Below are positions 1 through 5,893 of a stretch of 38,367 bases of DNA, piece after piece (the first letter of the stretch is position 1; every line of letters starts with the position of its first letter). The stretch is from IMG/VR virus record IMGVR_UViG_3300033076_001419, positions 1-38,367 of that record. One strand, written 5' to 3'. The notes under the pieces were generated by a model. That model was given only the letters and a program-made list of their open reading frames with translations. It made no database searches and had not been told where the DNA came from. Position numbers and translations under genes: made by a program. This DNA comes from a virus (taxonomy: Duplodnaviria; Caudoviricetes).

Positions 1-147
1 CGACGACACGAGCTTTTCGTACTTGTCCTGGTCATCGACGTGCTTGCGAATGTCGCAGTTGATACTGTCATACGACAGTCCTAGCGACTTGCATACGTTA
101 CCGACAAAGTCGGCCAGCACACCATCCACATCAACGGCAATTGTCAT
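1..147 (-). CDS. HAD-family 5'(3')-deoxyribonucleotidase (NT5C-like), N-terminal part, truncated by the window edge
   Basis: Not in the ORF track. Manual translation MTIAVDVDGVLADFVGNVCKSLGLSYDSINCDIRKHV... carries HAD motif I (DxDGVLADF); GGAGG RBS 4 nt upstream of the ATG. Confidence 0.8.
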   Translation of the reverse strand, partial: MTIAVDVDGVLADFVGNVCKSLGLSYDSINCDIRKHVDDQDKYEKLVSS

Positions 148-157
148 GTAGCCTCCG

Positions 158-235
158 GGTTATATTCCTGCCACGCGGCGGGGCGGAGTCAATGCCGTCA
201 GGTTATATTTCCCCGGGCCACTGCCGCTATATCAA
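158..235 (-). promoter_or_regulatory. Two tandem leftward sigma70-like promoters
   Basis: Minus strand reads TTGACT-N17-AGGAATATAACC (192->158) and TTGATA-N17-GGAAATATAACC (235->201): same spacing and a shared downstream motif; the -10 elements are non-canonical. Confidence 0.45.
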
Positions 236-341
236 TATCATTTTACATTTTCGTAAATTCAAACATGTTTATGAGCCATCCCCCGCGCCCAAAAATCTAA
301 TTACACGCGCTCGCCAGCGCGCCTGCGGACGTAAATTGCCA

Positions 342-553
342 TTACAGTGGCACTGGATTCCGCTGACACTGTACTATGCAAGATCCGTGCCGGCATGAAT
401 CCTGCATGCGATATGCAACATCCGTGCCGGCCCAGACTTTGCATGGCACAGTTCCGCTCTGGCTGTAATCGCGTCGTCCGGCGACGGTTACAGTGGCACT
501 GGAATATGCCCGTGATGGAATCTGCTGCGGCTGGAATTACAGTGTCTATGTAA
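342..553. promoter_or_regulatory. Cluster of 17-bp palindromic operator-like sites (consensus TTACAGTGNCACTGTAA)
   Basis: Copies at 342-358, 358-374, 452-468, 488-504 and 537-553; further copies at 787-803, 3211-3227, 3255-3271, 3303-3319, 5029-5045 and 5071-5087. Confidence 0.7.
377..443. promoter_or_regulatory. Two back-to-back pairs of sigma54 (-24/-12)-type boxes
   Basis: Minus: CGGCACGGATCTTGCA (392->377), CGGCACGGATGTTGCA (429->414). Plus: CGGCATGAATCCTGCA (391-406), CGGCCCAGACTTTGCA (428-443). All have exact GG-N10-GC spacing. Confidence 0.7.
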
Positions 554-610
554 TTGACATTGTTTGAAAAAGCCGCTCGACGGAATAGGAATCCGTGGCA
601 CACCTAGACC

Positions 611-844
611 ATGCGATGCGACTCACGACCAAAGACCTACCGTGCAAACATTCAATGCCCCGCGTCAGACGCTCACTGCGACGACTATTGCGACGACTAT
701 TCCGACGAGGAGCCAACACTTGTGATTCCGCGTGAACAACTGGCGCCAACGGAGCCGGCGATTCAAGTCTTCACTTCGCTTCTCAATGACAGTGCTACTG
801 TAATCGAGTTTTCTTCTAGCGCAAGCGGAAAGGGGTGTCTCTGA
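611..844 (+). CDS. Small acidic hypothetical protein
   Basis: 77 aa ORF whose stop overlaps the start region of the next gene; internal 12-bp tandem repeat TGCGACGACTAT (677-700) encoding CDDYCDDY. Confidence 0.5.
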   Translation: MRCDSRPKTYRANIQCPASDAHCDDYCDDYSDEEPTLVIPREQLAPTEPAIQVFTSLLNDSATVIEFSSSASGKGCL

Positions 845-2082
845 TGCCAGTTTTTCAGATACCATCGGTTTCGTGGCTTGTGTCCCCGATTGACGTAGAG
901 GGCGAAACCCTTTCCGAGGCGCTACGCCTGTATCTCAACGGGCCAGGGACGCTAACGCTTTTTGAGCGCGGCATCGTTCCCCCAAGTCTCGCGGGCCGGC
1001 ACATCCACACCACGATTGAAGGCGTCAACTTTTGCGGCGTAATGGTCGGAGGCGCGGACTTTTCAGGAAGCACGTTTGTAGATTGCGTCTTTCCGACCGA
1101 AGGCTGGCCGCCAAACGTCAACTTGCGAATGACCACATTCGTGCGATGCGCTCCGCCGAGGGAGCGACTGCCGGCTAATGAGCCGGAAGAAGAGCCGGAA
1201 GAGCAAAACGAAACCCTCCGATGGGTGGAGCCCCGCTCTGCCGTTGGCCGGGGGCGACTCGTTGGCGCTGAAGTTGAATTCAATTCGTGCGATAGTGAAT
1301 CCTCACTCATGACATCGGCTCTCGACGAGGGCCACGGCATACACGAAGACGGCTCTTGCGGATGGGAGCTTGTCACGCGTCCGATGACACCGGCGGGCCT
1401 TGCGCAGACCATGGCGGAACTGCGCCGCGCCTTCGATTCGTGCGAGGTTGATTCGCGGTGTGGCGTTCATATTCACGTTTCAGCGAAAGACCTGCGATGG
1501 GCGGACGTGCGTACGTTGGTGGCGTTGTACTCGCGATGCGAACCCTTGCTCTACATTCTCTGCGGACAGAAACGAGCGAACGAAAAACGCTACGCACGTC
1601 CGATTCGACTCTACGAAAAGATGCTTGGCGCCGATTGGAAAAGTGACCTTGTCTGCGACATCTTCGAGGAGTCACCACGCTACGCGATTCGCAAACTGCG
1701 TTCGGTACACAAAAAAGACTCTTGCCGATACCGCGGACTCAACTTGGCGCCGTGGCTTGCGGGCAGGAAGAAGGGTCGCGCCGACACCACGATTGAGTTC
1801 CGCTCGCACAAGGGAACCAAAGACCTTGCGCGTGTAGCGTCATGGGCTCGGCTTTGTTGGGATATGGTGGAATGGTCCTCTACGCATGAGGCGCGGGATG
1901 TCCCGCTTTTCGGCGGACAACTTGAGGCGCTCTGCCACGTTTCTCCAGCGTCGAGAGAATGGATTCTCGGACGTATCAAAGCGTGGCGCGCTGCCACCCG
2001 TCACTCTGGAGAAACTCCGCGGCTAATTACGTACACGCCGGCGAGCGACTTTACTTTCAACCCGAAACACGTGGTGGCCTGA
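835..2082 (+). CDS. Putative amidoligase (COOH-NH2 ligase, amidoligase_2-like) with an N-terminal pentapeptide-repeat-like segment
   Basis: Motifs VGAEVEF, HEDGS, WELVT, CGVHIHV, RYRGLNL and TIEFR typical of phage amidoligases; adjacent to a class II GATase. Confidence 0.85.
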   Translation: MSLMPVFQIPSVSWLVSPIDVEGETLSEALRLYLNGPGTLTLFERGIVPPSLAGRHIHTTIEGVNFCGVMVGGADFSGSTFVDCVFPTEGWPPNVNLRMTTFVRCAPPRERLPANEPEEEPEEQNETLRWVEPRSAVGRGRLVGAEVEFNSCDSESSLMTSALDEGHGIHEDGSCGWELVTRPMTPAGLAQTMAELRRAFDSCEVDSRCGVHIHVSAKDLRWADVRTLVALYSRCEPLLYILCGQKRANEKRYARPIRLYEKMLGADWKSDLVCDIFEESPRYAIRKLRSVHKKDSCRYRGLNLAPWLAGRKKGRADTTIEFRSHKGTKDLARVASWARLCWDMVEWSSTHEARDVPLFGGQLEALCHVSPASREWILGRIKAWRAATRHSGETPRLITYTPASDFTFNPKHVVA

Positions 2083-2083
2083 T

Positions 2084-2917
2084 ATGTGCGGAATTGCTGG
2101 GTTTAGTGGAGTTTCGGAGCATAAACGCATCGCGCTACTCATGGCGCTTGGGCGCGGCATCGACACGCGCGGAGGACACGCAAGGGGATACGTGGGCGAG
2201 ACCGCCGAGGGCGACGTTGATTCGAATCGAGCGGTGGGGCCTTGGAAGGCGTGTTCGAAGCGCTGGTATCAACGCATGGCAAAACTCGACACGGTCACAC
2301 TTCACGCACGATGGGCCACGCACGCGAACGCGGGGAAAACGTACGCAGCGCATCCGTTCCCAATCCGGCGCGGGAAAGGTCGCTCGGTACTATGGGGAAT
2401 GCATAACGGCGTGGTGGATGCGAGCGCGTCAGCCGCGGAGGCCGGGCGCGAGTATCACGTCGACTCGTGGGAGGTTTTCGAGCGGATTGCTGACGGAGAT
2501 ACCGAGGCATTAGGCCGCATGCCAGGGTACGGCACACTAGCATGGTTTGACCGCTCCTCTCGTGGGTGCGCGATTGTAATGGCATCGGAGGATGCGGACC
2601 TTTCTGTATGCGAAACGAAGTGCGGCGCCATCGTTTGGGCGTCTACGGACGCGATTCTATTCGGCGCACTGAAGGCCGCTGGAATGAAGTGCAAAAGCGT
2701 ATACGAACTTGAGGTTGGGCGCGTAGCACGGATTCTTGCTGGCGCAATAGAATACGTCGACCATCCTCCCGTGCGGTTTGGAGAGCGACGGTTTCGCACA
2801 AGTTGGCAAGACTTCGGTTTTGACTTGGGAAAAGACGAGGAGGACGATAAAAACGCATGCGATATCAAGCTGGACGATTGGTTGCGCTCGTACGCTCTCA
2901 CAGGTACGGCGGAATGA
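2084..2917 (+). CDS. Class II (Ntn) glutamine amidotransferase
   Basis: N-terminal MCGIAG (catalytic Cys), RGGHA, HARWAT, AHPF, HNG, VDS. Confidence 0.9.
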   Translation: MCGIAGFSGVSEHKRIALLMALGRGIDTRGGHARGYVGETAEGDVDSNRAVGPWKACSKRWYQRMAKLDTVTLHARWATHANAGKTYAAHPFPIRRGKGRSVLWGMHNGVVDASASAAEAGREYHVDSWEVFERIADGDTEALGRMPGYGTLAWFDRSSRGCAIVMASEDADLSVCETKCGAIVWASTDAILFGALKAAGMKCKSVYELEVGRVARILAGAIEYVDHPPVRFGERRFRTSWQDFGFDLGKDEEDDKNACDIKLDDWLRSYALTGTAE

Positions 2918-3048
2918 TGGGTACACTATTGCGCACGCTCTCTTTCGTGCTATTGGCGAACTGCGGTGGGGGCGATATCGCAAGGCCGGACTTTGGCGAA
3001 CCTGTACTTTTCAACTCAAGCGACGGTGGTGACGCATGCGCACGATAG
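2914..3048 (+). CDS. Small putative lipoprotein
   Basis: MMGTLLRTLSFVLLANCGGG: basic residue, hydrophobic stretch, lipobox-like LANC; ATGA overlap with the GATase stop. Confidence 0.5.
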   Translation: MMGTLLRTLSFVLLANCGGGDIARPDFGEPVLFNSSDGGDACAR

Positions 3049-3290
3049 CTGTTTTGCCCGATGGGACATGGCAGGAAGTTGGGAGAGCGGGCCAAGTCGT
3101 TACGCTCGTAAGTGTGTCGGATTCTGCGTTCTGCGACTTGGTATCAGGTCACGAAACGATTGAAAACGTACTTGCTGACGCCACGGTAGCACACGAAACT
3201 GCCACGACAGTTACAGCGCTACTCGAATGTGACTCGGCTTCGTTCAATCCGGATTTACACCTACACTGTAATTGCGCCAGGGTCGAATAA
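3036..3290 (+). CDS. Hypothetical protein
   Basis: 84 aa ORF overlapping the previous gene end and ending just before a terminator. Confidence 0.55.
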   Translation: MRTIAVLPDGTWQEVGRAGQVVTLVSVSDSAFCDLVSGHETIENVLADATVAHETATTVTALLECDSASFNPDLHLHCNCARVE

Positions 3291-3304
3291 TCCGATTGAC
3301 TATT

Positions 3305-3341
3305 ACCCTCACACTGTAATGGTGTGGGGGTTTTACTTTTT
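3305..3341 (+). terminator. Intrinsic terminator closing the amidoligase module
   Basis: Stem ACCCTCACAC / GTGTGGGGGT (3305-3331) followed by a T-rich tract that continues to about 3370. Confidence 0.65.
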
Positions 3342-3431
3342 GCTTGCTTTTCTTTTTTTCGTTCTTTTCCCTTGCGCGTCCGGGATTCCGTGGTAAAGGG
3401 GTTTGGCCATTCCGATAGGTGGGGAGGCGCT

Positions 3432-3674
3432 TGGCATGATTGTTGGCTGACTGGGTTGCCATCCGCCAGCAGCACTTTCCATGCCAACTTTTTCCCTCTG
3501 CATGGCCCGACTATTGCAATCGATGGAGAAAACCATGCCGGCACGATTCTTGCCCTCGGCCTAAGGCAACTTCCATGCCGGCACGATTCTTGCAATCGAT
3601 GGCAAAAAGTATGCCAGCCCGTTGGCATGATTCTTGCATTGAGTACCCCCCATTGGGGTGGCACGAATTTTGCC
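3432..3674. promoter_or_regulatory. Array of 9-10 sigma54 (-24/-12)-type boxes on both strands
   Basis: Plus: 3503 TGGCCCGACTATTGCA, 3539 CGGCACGATTCTTGCC, 3579 CGGCACGATTCTTGCA, 3600 TGGCAAAAAGTATGCC, 3623 TGGCATGATTCTTGCA, 3659 TGGCACGAATTTTGCC, near-match at 3432. Minus: 3486->3471, 3580->3565, 3616->3601. Confidence 0.8.
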
Positions 3675-3721
3675 CCGAAGGGGCCCCTCCCCAAAATATA
3701 GGAGTTTGCTACACTTAGCCC

Positions 3722-4423
3722 ATGAGGAGCTTCACGAGGCTAAACACCGTCCGGACCGAATCAGGGGAAACGGCCAAATATCGCCAGGTTGAGGTGCCTG
3801 GAGAATTGACGCCAGCTGAACACCCAATAGACGAGGAATTGGTCCTGGCGTCCGAGAAGGCCGGCGAGAACCACATCAAGGTCAAACTGGAGGGTACCGG
3901 CGAGGACCCACTTTCCCAGGCCGTGGTGCCGTCTAGAATGGCTCACGAGCAGCGTATGGGGCGTCTACGCGGTCCCAGGGGTCGACCATTTGAGAAGGGC
4001 AATAAAGCGGGCCGCAAGCCTAAGCTGGCCATGCTGGGTATTGATATTGCCTACCTGAACATACAGGACCCTAGATACAGGGCTGCCCTACGTCGGGCGG
4101 AGTTCTACCTCAAGCGTCGGTCGCGCGAGCTGGCGGTCATGTTCGGCTACGCATCGGCCGGGGTGAACGGAGTGCTCTCGTCGGCATCGCTACAGCTAGC
4201 GGCCAGCAAGTACCTATCTCAGCTGGCGGCGGAGCTTGCAGGAGTCGACATGAAACTATTCGTTGAATACATGCGCATGGCGATGCAGCTCCAGAACAGC
4301 GCTCGTCAGAACGAGATGGCAGCCTACGAGATTTGTGCCAAGGAGGCATCCATTGCAAAGAAGCTACTCGACCAGGAAGTGCCGTGGCTCAAGTCCGGAG
4401 GAGACATCGACGCCGGTCAGTGA
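3722..4423 (+). CDS. Putative terminase small subunit-like protein
   Basis: GRPFEKGNKAG motif common at the N-terminus of small-terminase-like proteins; helical C-terminus; first gene of the operon leading to TerL. Confidence 0.5.
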   Translation: MRSFTRLNTVRTESGETAKYRQVEVPGELTPAEHPIDEELVLASEKAGENHIKVKLEGTGEDPLSQAVVPSRMAHEQRMGRLRGPRGRPFEKGNKAGRKPKLAMLGIDIAYLNIQDPRYRAALRRAEFYLKRRSRELAVMFGYASAGVNGVLSSASLQLAASKYLSQLAAELAGVDMKLFVEYMRMAMQLQNSARQNEMAAYEICAKEASIAKKLLDQEVPWLKSGGDIDAGQ

Positions 4424-4438
4424 GCTATACGTATAGAA

Positions 4439-4699
4439 GTGGCCATTCAGGTTGTTGTCACGATTGCATACAGTGACATTGAAAAGTGGGTATGCTCGAG
4501 GTGTGAACTGGTCCTGGCCGAGGTGGAAAACATCTCTGGAAGGTATTGCGAATGTTGCGCGCAGGCGAAGGGAATGAACTCTACTCCGCTCATGGTGCCG
4601 AATCACATGAGAAAGGCGTGGGAGGAGTTGGTCGGTGATAACGGAAGCGAAAAGAGAGCATCGGTCATTCGTCTTGTCGACGTGGGTAAGGTCGTATAG
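4439..4699 (+). CDS. Hypothetical Cys-rich (possible Zn-binding) protein
   Basis: CSRC...CECC; start uncertain; overlaps the next ORF. Confidence 0.4.
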   Translation: MAIQVVVTIAYSDIEKWVCSRCELVLAEVENISGRYCECCAQAKGMNSTPLMVPNHMRKAWEELVGDNGSEKRASVIRLVDVGKVV

Positions 4700-5027
4700 G
4701 GACGCGTTCAGCAAAGAACTGCAGTACGACCTGATCGTAAAGAGAGAGTCCAAGTTCGCCGAGGAAGCGTTCGACGCCGGCCTCGTGTTCGTGGACACGT
4801 CAGACGGATACAGCATCAACGGATGGGTGTGCGGCGTATACGAGCGGCCGTCACTCCTTCACTGGGTCTACGTACCGCCAGAGCTTAGGGGCATGGGCGT
4901 AGCGTCGAATCTGATCAAGGAGATCCTAGGCAGTAAACCAGAGGTGAGTAGATGTCCAAAAGTACTAAGAAACTCGAAGTTGCCGGTCGGCCGGTGGAAC
5001 CCGTATCGGATCATGGAGATTCCGTAA
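4635..5027 (+). CDS. GNAT-family N-acetyltransferase-like protein
   Basis: LHWVYVPPELRGMGVASNLI matches GNAT motif A (acetyl-CoA binding R-x-x-G-x-A). Confidence 0.75.
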   Translation: MITEAKREHRSFVLSTWVRSYRDAFSKELQYDLIVKRESKFAEEAFDAGLVFVDTSDGYSINGWVCGVYERPSLLHWVYVPPELRGMGVASNLIKEILGSKPEVSRCPKVLRNSKLPVGRWNPYRIMEIP

Positions 5028-5028
5028 A

Positions 5029-5087
5029 TTACAGTGACACTGTAAAAAATGTATCCAATGTAGGAGAAAATTACAGTGTGACTGTAA
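5029..5087. promoter_or_regulatory. Pair of near-perfect 17-bp palindromes, 42 bp apart
   Basis: TTACAGTGACACTGTAA (5029-5045) and TTACAGTGTGACTGTAA (5071-5087), each flanked by A-tracts. Confidence 0.75.
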
Positions 5088-5278
5088 AAAAATTAATCCG
5101 GTGCACGTGGTCCAGGGACGTGTCTTTCGACGGTAAGTATGCGAAATCGTGGCACTCTGAGGGGCAAGAGAAGCTCTCACTAGTGCTCGTCGGGTCCACC
5201 GCATTCGTAAAAATCGAGCGCCGGGGGAGGACTGCTCTCGTCTCGAGCGATGGGTGCGTGATGGAGGTGGCCTCGTGA
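5078..5278 (+). CDS. Hypothetical protein
   Basis: 3' part of track ORF 4952-5278; AGGAG at 5062-5066 precedes an in-frame GTG at 5078. Confidence 0.5.
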   Translation: MTVKKLIRCTWSRDVSFDGKYAKSWHSEGQEKLSLVLVGSTAFVKIERRGRTALVSSDGCVMEVAS

Positions 5279-5586
5279 AGAAGACCGGACTATACAACCA
5301 GCTCAGATACTTCAAGGGCTTGAAAATTAACGGGATTGTTCGCAAGGAAGGTGGTGTCCCAACCTGCCGGAAGTGCAACAAGCCGCTCGACGTGATCGAA
5401 ATCAAGGAACGTGGACCAGACCCGGACCGTCCCAAATGGTTTGAAATCTATGCGAAATGTCACGGAGAGGAAGATTACTGCCGCGTAGAGTCGGAAACTC
5501 CTATGCCTCCGCACATGTGGAGTACCGTGATATCAACGGGGATTTTCTTCGATCCAAGCCATACGGACGACTCTCGTAGACGATGA
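5275..5586 (+). CDS. Hypothetical protein with CxxC...CHG (possible Zn ribbon)
   Basis: GGAGG RBS, GTGA overlap with the upstream stop; PTCRKC and AKCHG. Confidence 0.65.
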   Translation: MKKTGLYNQLRYFKGLKINGIVRKEGGVPTCRKCNKPLDVIEIKERGPDPDRPKWFEIYAKCHGEEDYCRVESETPMPPHMWSTVISTGIFFDPSHTDDSRRR

Positions 5587-5893
5587 TCTCGGCCGAATCC
5601 GCGAAGCGCTCTATCTTACAGTATCGCACCTACCACTGCCCACACCCCGGAGCGCAACCAACCAACCGATTTGCATCCATCCGTTCATCCGAGTGGAGGT
5701 TTCTTTCCGTTCTCATCGGGAGGAAGGATTCTTTCCTGTCTCTTTATCCAGGCTCGAACCCTTCTTTCTTACGACATCCGACTCTTGAACCGGCTTGCAT
5801 CTCCGGTCTTCCGATTCGCTTCGCTCATCTCAGACCGGGTAAAGCCGCTGGAGTATAGATACATATGACACGCCCGCAACCCCCGTGCAACCC

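Noticed and set aside
444-510. Additional TGGCAC sites at 444 and 494 as sigma54 boxes
   Set aside because: Spacing to GC is N9 and N11, not the required N10, so they were not counted
342-553. Repeats as a CRISPR mini-array
   Set aside because: Units are 17 bp, degenerate and irregularly spaced, with no constant repeat-spacer period
141-603. Track ORFs across the left regulatory block
   Set aside because: No RBS, unprotein-like composition, and they overlie the motif arrays
3149-3718. Track ORFs across the T-rich tract and sigma54 array
   Set aside because: Translations simply reflect the DNA repeats (WHDSC, ARIM); the region is better explained as non-coding
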